Made by a program: the position numbers and the translations under genes
Shown here: in pieces, positions 19,238-29,124 of the stretch
Position numbering within the stretch: the stretch's first letter is position 1
Layout of the letters: the number at the start of each line of letters is the position of its first letter
From: an uncultured archaeon
GTDB lineage: Archaea > Iainarchaeota > Iainarchaeia > Iainarchaeales > GCA-2688035
Assembly: GCA_964354805.1 (NCBI GenBank)
Contig: CAYHBD010000016.1
Span: 101,472 to 165,471, forward strand
Direction: 5' to 3'
DNA length: 64,000 nt
The notes under the pieces: model-generated
The model's database searches: none
The model's input: the letters and a program-made list of their open reading frames with translations, nothing else
Told to the model about the DNA's origin: nothing

Positions 19238-20418
19238 TGCTTAAGTAGAATCTTGATCACATCATCATATCGCAATTCATATTCGTCAGAAATTTTTTGG
19301 CCTGTTCTGCAATTGATGGCCCCCATATACCTATCCAAAAAACTGCTGTGGACTTTGCCAGCTAAATCTTTTGTAGTGCTCCCTTTTTTCATTAGATATG
19401 CATCTGGAAGAACCTGCCCTTGCCCATTAGCCAGTTTATGCTGGTCCTCTACAGGATAAACAACAATCAGCTTTAGCAGTTCAAAAGCTGTTTTATTAAT
19501 TGCCTGCTGAACCCCTGTGCTGCCCCAAACATCCAGCATATGCGTTTGAATAAAGTCAAGCGCGTGCTTCTGCTGTTCATTCATGTTGCCCTTTGCACTA
19601 AACTCTTTCGCACCAGGAACATAATCAATCAATCCAGTCCTTGCAGCTTTCCTCAGCGTTAACTCTGCTTCAGCGCAGCATGGCACAAAAATCTTTTCTG
19701 GGAATTCCTTTTTCAATTTTTCAAAGTTCTCTTTTGCCTGGGGCAAATCCATTTTGTTGCATGCAATCAGCATTGGCTTGCTCCTCTGCCTTATTGCTGA
19801 CGCAAACCTAAGCACTTCCTCTTCATTCCACTCGCTTGGCTTTGGGCCGAAATGCTCGCTTTCAAAAACATCTTTCACCTGTCCTTCACCCATTCCAAGC
19901 CCGCTTAACTGATCTGCAATCGGCTCCCAGGGCTTGCTGCTTGCTGTAGCGCCCTTGCTTATCTTTGCCCAGTTCTTTTCCAAAATCCCGCGCACCCAGT
20001 AATCAATCTCTTTCTCCAAAAACCTGACATCGTTTGCAGGATCATGACCTTTTGCCGGATTTCCCTCTGCATCAGTTGTGCCGCTGCAATCCAAAACATG
20101 AATCAGTGCAGCTGCCTGCATTAAATCGTTCATAAACTGGTTGCCCAATCCCTTGCCCTGCCATGCTCCCTCGATCAATCCCGCAACATCCAGCAAAGTT
20201 GCGGGAATCAGCCGAATGCCATTCTCGCATTTGCTGTTCTGGGGCATGCACTGCTTTCCAAACTCAGGGTGCACGCATTTTGCCGTAACATACCCAGTTC
20301 CTTGGTTCGGCTTTATTGTTACAAAAGGCCTGTTTCCAATCTCAGCATCAACAAGCGAGGCAGCGCTGAAAAAGGTAGTTTTTCCGGTGTTTGTTTTTCC
20401 AACAATTCCAATCTGCAT
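19234..20418 (-). CDS. ychF: YchF/OLA1 translation-associated NTPase
   Basis: GKTNTGKTT, PFVTIKPN, DVAGL, GLGNQF, NKMD motifs; TGS domain. Confidence 0.95.
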   Translation of the reverse strand: MQIGIVGKTNTGKTTFFSAASLVDAEIGNRPFVTIKPNQGTGYVTAKCVHPEFGKQCMPQNSKCENGIRLIPATLLDVAGLIEGAWQGKGLGNQFMNDLMQAAALIHVLDCSGTTDAEGNPAKGHDPANDVRFLEKEIDYWVRGILEKNWAKISKGATASSKPWEPIADQLSGLGMGEGQVKDVFESEHFGPKPSEWNEEEVLRFASAIRQRSKPMLIACNKMDLPQAKENFEKLKKEFPEKIFVPCCAEAELTLRKAARTGLIDYVPGAKEFSAKGNMNEQQKHALDFIQTHMLDVWGSTGVQQAINKTAFELLKLIVVYPVEDQHKLANGQGQVLPDAYLMKKGSTTKDLAGKVHSSFLDRYMGAINCRTGQKISDEYELRYDDVIKILLKH

Positions 20419-20460
20419 GTAAAAACCTGTACCTGAATCGCTTTTTATTTTAAACGCCAG

Positions 20461-20544
20461 CAGGCTTTTGATGCAATTGCAAAAGAAGTGGATGAAATGC
20501 CAGAGCTTTCGGATGCTGAACTGGAAGCATTGCTTGGGGAATAA
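20461..20544 (+). pseudogene. Possible headless gene remnant
   Basis: Reads QAFDAIAKEVDEMPELSDAELEALLGE* with protein-like periodicity but has no upstream in-frame start. Confidence 0.35.
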
Positions 20545-20629
20545 CCTTACCCTTTTTTTCTTTTTTTTGCAAGAATTTTTGTAATTTCTAATTATAATAA
20601 AAAACTAACCCTGTGGAAATTATTTCAAC

Positions 20630-22012
20630 ATGGCAGAGCTTTTTACCGACAAATTTTTTCCACAAAATTTTGAGCACTTCGTTGGAAACAGCGAGGTGGT
20701 TGAATCAGTAAAGCAGTGGGCAGACCAATGGGGCAAAGGGAAGCAGCAAAAGCCACTGCTGTTCTACGGTGCAACAGGAACAGGCAAGACATGCCTGGCG
20801 ATTCTGACAGCAAAAATGTTCGGCTGGCAGCTGTTTGAATTCAATGCCAGTAATTTCAGGACAAAGGACACTGTTGAAAAGATTGCAGGCAGCGCAGCAC
20901 AGGGAGCAAGCTTTTTCGGAAAGCCAAGGCTGGTTTTATTGGATGAGGTTGATGGATTGCAGGGAACAGCCGACAGGGGCGGTGCAGCTGCAATCAGCGC
21001 TTTGCTGCGTTCAGCAAAAAACCCCGTTATTCTAACAGCAAACGACATTTACAGCGACCAAAAGATTGCCCCCCTGAGAGCGCAGTGCAACCTGATGCAT
21101 TTCAAGAAAATAAATTACTTGAGCATTGCAAAGAGATTGCGGGAAATCTGTGCATTGGAAAAAATTGAGGCGGAAGAAGATGCTTTGCAATTGCTTGCGC
21201 GCAACTGCGCCGGAGATTTCAGGTCTGCTCTTTTGGATTTGCAGACACTTTCATTGAATGGCAAAATTGATTTGAATGCGGTGAATCTGCTCGGCTACCG
21301 GGAGAGGCAGCAGGATGTTTTCAAAACAATCGAAGCAATATTCAAGGGGAAAAGCCTTGCAGAAATAAGGAAAGCGAGAGCCCAGAGCGAGGTAAGCGAT
21401 GAAATGCTTTTGAGGTGGATTGAGGAAAACATTCCAAGGCATTTTGTGGATGGAAATGACACGGCAAATGCTTTCGAGCGCTTGAGCAAAGCGGATGTAT
21501 TCAATGGAAGGATAATGAACAGGCAGCACTACGGCTTTCTGCGCTACAGCAGCGAACTGATGACAGCAGGAGTTGCCCTCTCAAGGGAGCACGATTACCA
21601 TGGCTGGATTCATTACCAGTTTCCCGGGCTTTTAAGGGTGCTGAGCAAGAGCAAAAAGGAAAGGAATCTGAAAAAAGAGTTGTGCAAAAAGATTGGAAAG
21701 CAAACGCACTCAAGCAGCAGAGCGGTGATGGCGCAGGATTTGCCTTTCCTGCAGGTTTTCTTCAAAGAAAAGGAAAAGGCAGCGCGTTTTGCAGCCCAGT
21801 TCGATTTGAGCGAGGAAGAAATCGCTTTCCTGCTCAGCACAAAACCTGAAACAAAAAAAGTTGGTGCAATTGCAGCTACAGCAGAGCAGCTGAAAAAAGA
21901 GCGCATTGCGGAGAAAAGAAAACAGTTCGCGCCTTTGTCTGAGCAACCTGGAGAAGAGCTGGGTGAAGAAAAGCAACAGCAAGCAGAAGAAGGGCAAACG
22001 AAACTGCTTTAG
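20630..22012 (+). CDS. rfcL: Replication factor C large subunit
   Basis: GATGTGKT, EFNASNFR, LLDEVDG, GDFRSALLDLQ, WIEENIP; C-terminal PIP-like QTKLL. Confidence 0.95.
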   Translation: MAELFTDKFFPQNFEHFVGNSEVVESVKQWADQWGKGKQQKPLLFYGATGTGKTCLAILTAKMFGWQLFEFNASNFRTKDTVEKIAGSAAQGASFFGKPRLVLLDEVDGLQGTADRGGAAAISALLRSAKNPVILTANDIYSDQKIAPLRAQCNLMHFKKINYLSIAKRLREICALEKIEAEEDALQLLARNCAGDFRSALLDLQTLSLNGKIDLNAVNLLGYRERQQDVFKTIEAIFKGKSLAEIRKARAQSEVSDEMLLRWIEENIPRHFVDGNDTANAFERLSKADVFNGRIMNRQHYGFLRYSSELMTAGVALSREHDYHGWIHYQFPGLLRVLSKSKKERNLKKELCKKIGKQTHSSSRAVMAQDLPFLQVFFKEKEKAARFAAQFDLSEEEIAFLLSTKPETKKVGAIAATAEQLKKERIAEKRKQFAPLSEQPGEELGEEKQQQAEEGQTKLL

Positions 22013-22050
22013 AAAATTATTTATTTTCTTCTGTATCCTTTATCTTTTGT

Positions 22051-22317
22051 ATGCCCATAAAACCAAAGAGGCCCAGTGCAGTCAAAAGATGGCTGTTCAG
22101 CATTCCGAGGGCGAGAAGCATTGCAAGAGGAGTAAACTCTGCCCAAACAAGGCCTGCGTTTATGAGCAATTTAGTCATAGCACATAGGCAAGGCAACTTG
22201 GACAGGATTGTCTTGACAATGCTGCGCTTGCAAATCAGAGCAAGCAGGCTGCCAAAGGAAGAAAAGAAGGCAAGAAGGGCAATACTCAAAGATTATAGAA
22301 GAATGATAAGGGGCTGA
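22051..22317 (+). CDS. Small Arg-rich hypothetical protein
   Basis: 88 aa, followed by a T-tract. Confidence 0.5.
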   Translation: MPIKPKRPSAVKRWLFSIPRARSIARGVNSAQTRPAFMSNLVIAHRQGNLDRIVLTMLRLQIRASRLPKEEKKARRAILKDYRRMIRG

Positions 22318-22355
22318 ACTTTTTTTTAAATTTCTGTTTCAAGCATTGCTTGGCA

Positions 22356-24644
22356 CTATGCTGGCGTTGAGCATCCGTCCCCCGTGTTCCGTTGCCTTAT
22401 TTTTTGCATTAATGCAAGCATGCTTATTTCTCCTCTTTTCCACTGGCTGATATATCCCAACAGTTTTTCGTTGTCAACGCATTCTGTTATTGCCGTGTTT
22501 GTGCAGTCTGCTGCGCATGTTTCAGCGCTTTCTCCAAGCTCTGGTTCACATGTTCCGTTGCTGTTGCAAAAATTTAGTGGATTTGGGTCTTCTCCGTCCC
22601 TAATTCCATCCTTGTCTGAATCTGGGTAAAAAACATCAGTCCCAATTGCAGTTTCTTCCGTGTCTAAAAGCCCGTCGCTGTCCGAATCCGTGATGCCTGT
22701 TTTGTTTTTTCCCAAAAACTTGGCTATGCCGTATACATTGGACCTGAACGTGTTTGTGCTTATCACTTTTCTATTCACCCCGCTTAAATCGTAGTCTTCT
22801 TTCCAAAAGCCCGTTTGCGCATCAGGGGCATAGTCTCTTAGGTATGCATCAATCCCTTTGTTCACCCCATAGCCCCATGCAATGCCCTCAATATCCCAAT
22901 AGCCCCTTGTTTCGGCATAAGGTTTGCTTAAATCAAGGCAGCCGGAGTAATTTGCAGGGGACGTGCTGTCAAGGCAGGCATCTGAAATCATAAATTTGTA
23001 TATGTATCCATCACCGTGATCTTGTAAGCCGTAAGATGGAATTGGGGTCACAAATTCGCCGTTTGCTTCCTCATCTATCAGGTAGTAGTTGAATCCGGCA
23101 AACCCGTACAGGCAGAGGTAGGGCTCCTCAGGGTAATAATAGTTGCAGGAAAATACCGGGTCGTTTGGATTAATTGTTGCATTTCCGCTTGGAGTGGTTG
23201 TAGTGTCATAGCTTCCTGTGGTATAGAATGTGAAAATATTTCCAGCTCCCTTTGGGTCAGGGCGCTCGTCATATGTGATGACCCTGTCTATGTAGTAGAG
23301 TGAATCCTCCAAAGCCTTTCTTATATTATCGCTGGTTGTTCCCGTTTCCTCCATTTTCTTCTCAATAAATCCCATTCTCCTAATTAGCTCAAGGCTTTCC
23401 CGCACGGCAAAGGCAGGCGGTTCAAACGGCCTTGCCGGCGTGCATTTGTCGTCCAATGCATGGTACTGCTGGCACCAGCTCCTGTTTCCATACTCTTGGA
23501 AGACATCGGTAAGCCAGTTTAGCTGGAGATTTAAATTATTCAATGCCGAGCTGTTGCCTGTGACCTCGTAATAGCGCCATAAAAACGGCAATAGGTTTGA
23601 TATGGTGCTGTCGTTTATCGGCTTGTGCAACAAATAGCCGGCAACCAGCGACCCATATCCTTGGCCTCCTGTTACTAGCCTGCTCTTGCTGCCTGCCATT
23701 AGGGGGATTCCGCCGTTTGCATAAGGCTTGAATGCCTGCCCGTTTTTGAGAGGGTGTTCCGGCGGAAGGCTGCTGATATATGCTTTGAAAGGGTGCAACC
23801 CGCTCTTGCCAGACCAGCCAACAGTGATGTCAAAATAGCTTGCCCTTATTTCAAAATCGTTTCTGTATGCTTCCACCAGATTAAAAAATTTTGTTGCCCC
23901 ATCCAAAAAATCTGTTCTGTCAATTCCTTCCAATGGGTCAACAACTCCCGAAGAAAAATCAAGGTCTTTTGTTGAATCATACAACTCCAGCAAAAAAATC
24001 GCAGCTTTGGTGCTGATGCTGTCGTCAAAAGCCACCCATGCGTCTTCCCTGGATAAAAGCCCGGCAAAGTCTATATCCCCCTGCTCTTTCGGAGTTTTTA
24101 TTTTGGGCAGTGCCCAGTGGCCGATTTCATTTTGGATTTTGGCGTTGCTTCTGGTCTCAGGGTTATCTGGAATTATGAATGCATAATCAATAAGGCCCCC
24201 GCTCTCAAGCTGTGGCTTTTGCGATCCGTCTTTTGGATTTGTTTCCAAGTCTTTTTGAATTGACAACAGCGTTTTTCCGGCTTCAATCGCATACTCCAAA
24301 TATAATTTGTTTCCCGTGTTTTCGTATGCCCGCAGAAAAGCCAGCCCTGCCCCGGGGATGCCTGGTTCCATAATAGAAACAAGGGGCTGGTTTGCTGCAA
24401 CACTGTCGTCAACCCCCCACATTGGTTTTGAAGGGTCGTCCACTGTTTTTACCATTGGGAAGCCAACATAAGTATTGCCATCTGCGTGTTCAAACCTGCC
24501 GCCGCTTTCCCAAAAGGACTGGATAGCGGAATCGAGGTTGTCCAGCAAAATTTGGTTGTTTGAAGCTTGAGCGCCAGCTGCCCCAAGCAAAAGCGTTAGC
24601 AGAAAAGCAATTGCAATAATCTCCCCGTGGTGTTTCATTTTCAT
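22356..24644 (-). CDS. Secreted PL10 pectate-lyase-like protein with QWKxG tail (gene C)
   Basis: PGAGLAFLRAY..TG, AFDD, INDST and WCQQY...PARPFEPPA..ES motifs; DSDSDGL Ca-binding repeats; shared tail. Confidence 0.75.
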   Translation of the reverse strand: MKMKHHGEIIAIAFLLTLLLGAAGAQASNNQILLDNLDSAIQSFWESGGRFEHADGNTYVGFPMVKTVDDPSKPMWGVDDSVAANQPLVSIMEPGIPGAGLAFLRAYENTGNKLYLEYAIEAGKTLLSIQKDLETNPKDGSQKPQLESGGLIDYAFIIPDNPETRSNAKIQNEIGHWALPKIKTPKEQGDIDFAGLLSREDAWVAFDDSISTKAAIFLLELYDSTKDLDFSSGVVDPLEGIDRTDFLDGATKFFNLVEAYRNDFEIRASYFDITVGWSGKSGLHPFKAYISSLPPEHPLKNGQAFKPYANGGIPLMAGSKSRLVTGGQGYGSLVAGYLLHKPINDSTISNLLPFLWRYYEVTGNSSALNNLNLQLNWLTDVFQEYGNRSWCQQYHALDDKCTPARPFEPPAFAVRESLELIRRMGFIEKKMEETGTTSDNIRKALEDSLYYIDRVITYDERPDPKGAGNIFTFYTTGSYDTTTTPSGNATINPNDPVFSCNYYYPEEPYLCLYGFAGFNYYLIDEEANGEFVTPIPSYGLQDHGDGYIYKFMISDACLDSTSPANYSGCLDLSKPYAETRGYWDIEGIAWGYGVNKGIDAYLRDYAPDAQTGFWKEDYDLSGVNRKVISTNTFRSNVYGIAKFLGKNKTGITDSDSDGLLDTEETAIGTDVFYPDSDKDGIRDGEDPNPLNFCNSNGTCEPELGESAETCAADCTNTAITECVDNEKLLGYISQWKRGEISMLALMQKIRQRNTGDGCSTPA

Positions 24645-24730
24645 TCAATTAGAATAAGCACTTTGTTTAATAAAAATTTTGTTGTCGCCCAAAAGCGCTT
24701 CAAACTTCCATTTCAAGCACCGCTGTCGGC
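24631..24730 (-). repeat. pheT 3' end plus gene C promoter; inverted-orientation partner of 31262-31360
   Basis: 87/100 positions identical in a manual alignment. Confidence 0.9.
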
Positions 24731-26346
24731 ATCTGCAAACCGAAATTCTGCAGAACAGCTTTGCTAACCTCTCCAAGCAAACCCTTTTTGTTCCCGATTT
24801 TTATTGCAGCACTTTTTCCCGCAACAAATGCGGCATTATTCAATTCCTGCAGCTCATACTGCAATCCAAGGTGCTCTGCTATTGCCTGCAGCACGCTCTT
24901 TATCACTGTGAATTCCGCTTCCTTGCCGCACAATGCAATGCAGAGTTTGGTTTTTTCCGCAACAGCTGTTTCGCTTTTTGGCTCCAATTCAACCGTTTTT
25001 CCCAATTCAAAAATCTTCTGTGGATATGCATAGTGCTTGTTTGCTGCAAGGAAATCAAGCAGCTCTGGGAACAGATGCTTTCTGAAAACAGTGTAGCTCA
25101 GGCTCACTGGGTTTGCCAACTCGACAAACTGTTCTTTCTCCGCATCCAATCCAATCATTGCAGCCTGCTTTTCCTTGTTTGTCATTGTGTAAGTAAGCAC
25201 TTCCTGCAGGCCAAGCCCAATGCACACTTCTCTCACCAAATCGATTTGCCTTGTTTCATCCCTCTCCTTTCCAACTGTTGCAAGCTTTATCTGCAAAGGC
25301 TGGATTTTGTTATAGCCGTAAGAAATCAAAACATCCTCAATCACATCAACAGGGTGCAGAATGTCCTGCCTGTACGCCGGATAAGCGCATTCAAGCATTG
25401 CCCCTTTTTCTTTTACCTCATACCTTGCCTTCTGCAGCAATTCGATTATTTCCTTATTTCCCAAATCCAACCCGCTGAATTCCTTAATATCCTGAATTTT
25501 TACATTCACTTTTTTCGGCGAAAAATCAGGCGTTTCAATTTTCTTGTTCGGATAGCGAACCGCAACACTGTAAATGCTGAAACCCCTTTCTGCAAGCGCC
25601 GACACCATTACATTCAAAGCAGTGTTAACCGTTTCCTGCTCAAAGCCTGTTACCTCAACCAGCATCTCTTTTGTTGCCTCGCTTACTTTTCCGGTGAGCT
25701 GGGAATTAATTATTGGCGGCATTGATGCAACAACCAGATTGCTGTCCTCAAGGATTGGGAACCTGTCACTGCCCTGCAACAGGTGCGCGTACTCTTTCCC
25801 TGTCGGATGCTCCTGCAATATCTCCAGCAAATCCATTTCAACCTTGTACTCCAGTGGAATGAATTTTTTCTCCCTTGGCTTATATGCGCGATAGTGCATT
25901 GGAGGTAGTAGCTTGCTCCAGTCATACAATCCAATTGCTGCCTCTTTTCTTTTCCTTCCAAAAGTCAGGCAGACCTTTTCCTGAAGCTGAATCATCTGCA
26001 CAAGGAATTCCTCTGTCACTTTCACATTTTTCACAATTGCAGCAGCAATGCACGGCCTGACGCCTGCAACGCTTTTGTCAACAATCAATTCAACCCCGCT
26101 TTTCTTTACAGAATATTTTGGAATTCCCCTTTCTTTGGTAAGCCTGCCTCTCAATTCGCGGGCAATTCCCTCAGCGCTGAGCAAATCTGGCCTGTTTGAG
26201 TCCTTTACCTCGACAGTAATGCTATCCCCCTCGGCAGAATCCACCTCGCTTTTCGCATACATTACAGCCTCTTTGAATTCAGCAAGCGAAAGCTTTTTTC
26301 CAACCAGCTTCTGCATGTCACGCAAGCTGACATTTACGTTTGGCAT
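24700..26346 (-). CDS. pheT: Phenylalanine-tRNA ligase beta subunit
   Basis: MPNVNV start, NRPDLLSAEG, MPPIINS, RQDILHPVDVIEDV motifs. Confidence 0.96.
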   Translation of the reverse strand: MPNVNVSLRDMQKLVGKKLSLAEFKEAVMYAKSEVDSAEGDSITVEVKDSNRPDLLSAEGIARELRGRLTKERGIPKYSVKKSGVELIVDKSVAGVRPCIAAAIVKNVKVTEEFLVQMIQLQEKVCLTFGRKRKEAAIGLYDWSKLLPPMHYRAYKPREKKFIPLEYKVEMDLLEILQEHPTGKEYAHLLQGSDRFPILEDSNLVVASMPPIINSQLTGKVSEATKEMLVEVTGFEQETVNTALNVMVSALAERGFSIYSVAVRYPNKKIETPDFSPKKVNVKIQDIKEFSGLDLGNKEIIELLQKARYEVKEKGAMLECAYPAYRQDILHPVDVIEDVLISYGYNKIQPLQIKLATVGKERDETRQIDLVREVCIGLGLQEVLTYTMTNKEKQAAMIGLDAEKEQFVELANPVSLSYTVFRKHLFPELLDFLAANKHYAYPQKIFELGKTVELEPKSETAVAEKTKLCIALCGKEAEFTVIKSVLQAIAEHLGLQYELQELNNAAFVAGKSAAIKIGNKKGLLGEVSKAVLQNFGLQMPTAVLEMEV

Positions 26347-26347
26347 T

Positions 26348-27343
26348 TCACTCAACCCTTCCTTTTTGAAATTCTTTTTTGCATAGCGGGCATTTGTAGC
26401 GCCGATATTTTCTATTCTCTTGCTTTGTAAAACCGTTTCTCCAAACTTTTTTGTGTCCACAATGAATGCAGGGAATATCTATTGTGCCCAAATTTTTCTT
26501 TTTTAAAAGTTTTTTCTCATCATTACTCTTTTCATATTTTATAATGCGTAATTTAGCCTCCCGCTTTTCTTCATGTTTAGAAAAAGGCAATAATGTGTCT
26601 GCTAACTTTACAATATCCTTATGGTTCGTCATCATAACCCGGTATAAGTCAAAGTTGCACTTCCGTGTCCCATAAACGCCTTTTTTTCTAACCAAATAAA
26701 GATGCGAGTTAAACCCAAGCCCTTTTAGTTTTTGATTAATCTGTTCCAAAATTGTTTTATCACAGGTGCCCAGACTAAAAACAAGATCTTTCCATTTCCC
26801 GCCGTATTTCTTATGTTCGGTTATTATCCAGCTGGCTTCACTGTCACAGTACCCCGCTAAAAACGAGTAGAATGCCCCTTCGTCATTTAAGATCCAATCC
26901 GGAATTGATTTTGGTTTTTCTATTAAAAAGTCAAATGAAGGGTGCAGATAACAATTTATTTTTCGGCTTTTCTCGGTAAAGCCCCCCTTTGCCTCGTATT
27001 CATTGACATGAGAATATTTTTCAAAGGCATCTCTAAACATTTGCATTTGCGCTTTTTTTGGGGATGTAGTGCAGGCAACTACTAACCTGCAGTGTTTTTG
27101 GGCACTAACATCACCGGTTCTTAATCCAATTAAATATGCTTTTTCAATTAAGTTTCCGTCGAATGTGTGTCTTGTGAGATTTTTTCTGTCAGACGGTCGC
27201 CTAGCCACCTTGAATCGTTCCATATGGTAGGCAATACTCCCTTTGGATTTCATGCCGTACATTTTTGCAATCTTGAAAAGGGAAAGTTCTTTTTTCCAAT
27301 ACAAATCCTCCAACACTTCTTTTGATATTTCTTCTCTATTCAT
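26348..27343 (-). CDS. Free-standing LAGLIDADG protein with N-terminal HTH and C-terminal Zn ribbon
   Basis: AYLIGLRTGD, FLAGYCDSEA; LEDLYWKKELSLFKIA HTH; CIHC...RNG...YKCPLC. Confidence 0.88.
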   Translation of the reverse strand: MNREEISKEVLEDLYWKKELSLFKIAKMYGMKSKGSIAYHMERFKVARRPSDRKNLTRHTFDGNLIEKAYLIGLRTGDVSAQKHCRLVVACTTSPKKAQMQMFRDAFEKYSHVNEYEAKGGFTEKSRKINCYLHPSFDFLIEKPKSIPDWILNDEGAFYSFLAGYCDSEASWIITEHKKYGGKWKDLVFSLGTCDKTILEQINQKLKGLGFNSHLYLVRKKGVYGTRKCNFDLYRVMMTNHKDIVKLADTLLPFSKHEEKREAKLRIIKYEKSNDEKKLLKKKNLGTIDIPCIHCGHKKVWRNGFTKQENRKYRRYKCPLCKKEFQKGRVE

Positions 27344-27355
27344 ACTCCCACCGAT

Positions 27356-27499
27356 TTACCTCTTGACCGTTACTTCCAATATCTCCTTTTCTTTTACTTT
27401 GAATTTCTTAACTATCCTTGATGGAATTGTTATAACTAATGCATTTCCTGTTTTCCAAACCTTTGCATCAAATATTCTATGCAGCCCCACACTTATCAC
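27356..27499 (-). CDS. AbrB/MazE/SpoVT-type DNA-binding microprotein (not in ORF track)
   Basis: AKVWKTGNALVITIPSRIVKKFKVKEKEILEVTV; GTG start at 27499 or 27490. Confidence 0.8.
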   Translation of the reverse strand: MISVGLHRIFDAKVWKTGNALVITIPSRIVKKFKVKEKEILEVTVKR

Positions 27500-27539
27500 G
27501 TAAATACTTTGTATATACAAATATTAAAAAGGTTTTCTC

Positions 27540-29009
27540 TTAATTCGTCACCATTGGCGCGTTTCTCAACCATTGCAGGTCTTTGCTAAACAATTGCCGT
27601 ATGTCTTCAATGCCCAGCTTAATCATCGCCAGCCTATCTACACCAATGCCCCATGCTATTACTGGTTCTTTAATTCCCAAAGGCAGAGTAAGCTCTGGCC
27701 TGAAAATTCCTGCGCCAGCTACCTCCATCCAACCAATCTTTGGGTGTTCAATGTAAAGTTCGCAACTTGGTTCGGTGAAAGGGAAGTACCCACTTGTGAA
27801 TTTTACTTTTTTTGCTCCAGCCATTTCAATTGCAAGTTGTTTTAAAATGCCAAGCAAGTGCCTAAATGTCAGGCTTTTGTCTATTATTATTCCTTCTAAC
27901 TGATTAAATTCAATCAAGTGCCGTGCGTCAACTATATCGGGTCTGTAACATCTTGCAATCGTAAAGTATTTTCCCGGCACTTCAACTCCTTCTACAAGCT
28001 GCCTTGCACTGTGGGCAGTCCCGTGTGCAGCCGGCATCAACCTGCTTGCAATCTGTTCGCTCCACTTATAGCGCCATCCCCTGCTTCCAGTGCCTGCCCC
28101 ATTCTCGTGCGCTGCCTTCACTCTTTCAACAATTTTTTTGTCAGGCAGCTTTCCGAATTTCGGCTGCTTTAATTGGTAAGTGTCAGTCCAGCTTCTTGCA
28201 GGATGATTCTGCGGCTGGAAGAGAGCATCAAAGTTGTAGAATTCCTGCACAATAAGCCTTTCCTGCATTTCCTGAAAGCCAAGAGAAACAAGCTTTCTCC
28301 TCAACTGGTTCAGGAACTGCACATAGGGCTGCCTTTTTCCGATAATTATTTTCGGGACAGCGCCCTCAATATTGTACGTTCTTTCCTTTACATCGGCAAG
28401 CAATTGCAATGCCTCTTCCCCTGATTTGTTCAGCCTTGCTTTCTCTTCAGTTTTTTCAATTCTTTCAACCAGGCTCCTCCTCATTGCCTCGCTTAATGCT
28501 GCATTCTCTTCCTTCCCAAGCTCTTCCCCTGAAGAGATTTTTTTCAGCAGCCCTTCCACCACATACTTTCCTTCAATCAGCTGTTTTTCCAATCCTGTGA
28601 ATTCAAGCATTGTTTCCTCGCCAGGCATTACGCTCACCCAGGCATTCCTTTTTGTAATTCCCATTGCAACATTTAGCTCCGGGGCATTCAGGCTGCTTTT
28701 GCCCTTAACCTGCTGCAGTGTTCCCTTGCCCCCTAGCGCCTGCAGTGCCTCAACGAACAATCTTTCAGGCAGGCCGTTGCCCAAGCTGGTTTTTCCCATC
28801 GCTGTTAGAACAAGCAGGCTTTTCTTTTCCTCACTTAATTCAATCAGGCCCTTCTCCTTGAGCCACTGCACCGCCCTCCTCACGCTGTCAATGGGCAGGT
28901 CGCTTTCCTTGCTTATCCCTTCCGCTCCCTTAAAGCTGCCGCTGTCAAGTGCCCTCAGTGTTCTTGCCTCGATTTCGCTCAGGCTCTGTACTGTTTTTTG
29001 TAAATCCAC
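27540..29009 (-). CDS. pheS: Phenylalanine-tRNA ligase alpha subunit
   Basis: NFDALFQPQNHPAR, YRPD..DARHLIEFNQ, YFPFTEPS, GIFRPE, AWGIGVDR. Confidence 0.97.
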   Translation of the reverse strand: MDLQKTVQSLSEIEARTLRALDSGSFKGAEGISKESDLPIDSVRRAVQWLKEKGLIELSEEKKSLLVLTAMGKTSLGNGLPERLFVEALQALGGKGTLQQVKGKSSLNAPELNVAMGITKRNAWVSVMPGEETMLEFTGLEKQLIEGKYVVEGLLKKISSGEELGKEENAALSEAMRRSLVERIEKTEEKARLNKSGEEALQLLADVKERTYNIEGAVPKIIIGKRQPYVQFLNQLRRKLVSLGFQEMQERLIVQEFYNFDALFQPQNHPARSWTDTYQLKQPKFGKLPDKKIVERVKAAHENGAGTGSRGWRYKWSEQIASRLMPAAHGTAHSARQLVEGVEVPGKYFTIARCYRPDIVDARHLIEFNQLEGIIIDKSLTFRHLLGILKQLAIEMAGAKKVKFTSGYFPFTEPSCELYIEHPKIGWMEVAGAGIFRPELTLPLGIKEPVIAWGIGVDRLAMIKLGIEDIRQLFSKDLQWLRNAPMVTN

Positions 29010-29082
29010 TTTGAACCACTTTTTGATAATTGAATATTATAAGAACATTAAAACCATTTTTTAATATTTGCAATGCAAGTGG

Positions 29083-29124
29083 TTAAGTTTTTATTCAGGG
29101 AATTGCTTATTGTAATTGATTGAA
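29083..29124 (+). promoter_or_regulatory. Conserved promoter/leader of the tail-gene family (D)
   Basis: TTAAGTTTTTATTCAGGGAATTGCTTATTGTAATTGATTGAA before ATG. Confidence 0.65.

Noticed and set aside
24679-25725. 348-aa plus-strand ORF and other long antisense ORFs (4791-5609, 28372-29064, 61678-62328)
   Set aside because: Antisense to well-supported genes. The genome is poor in CTA/TAG, so long shadow frames are expected.
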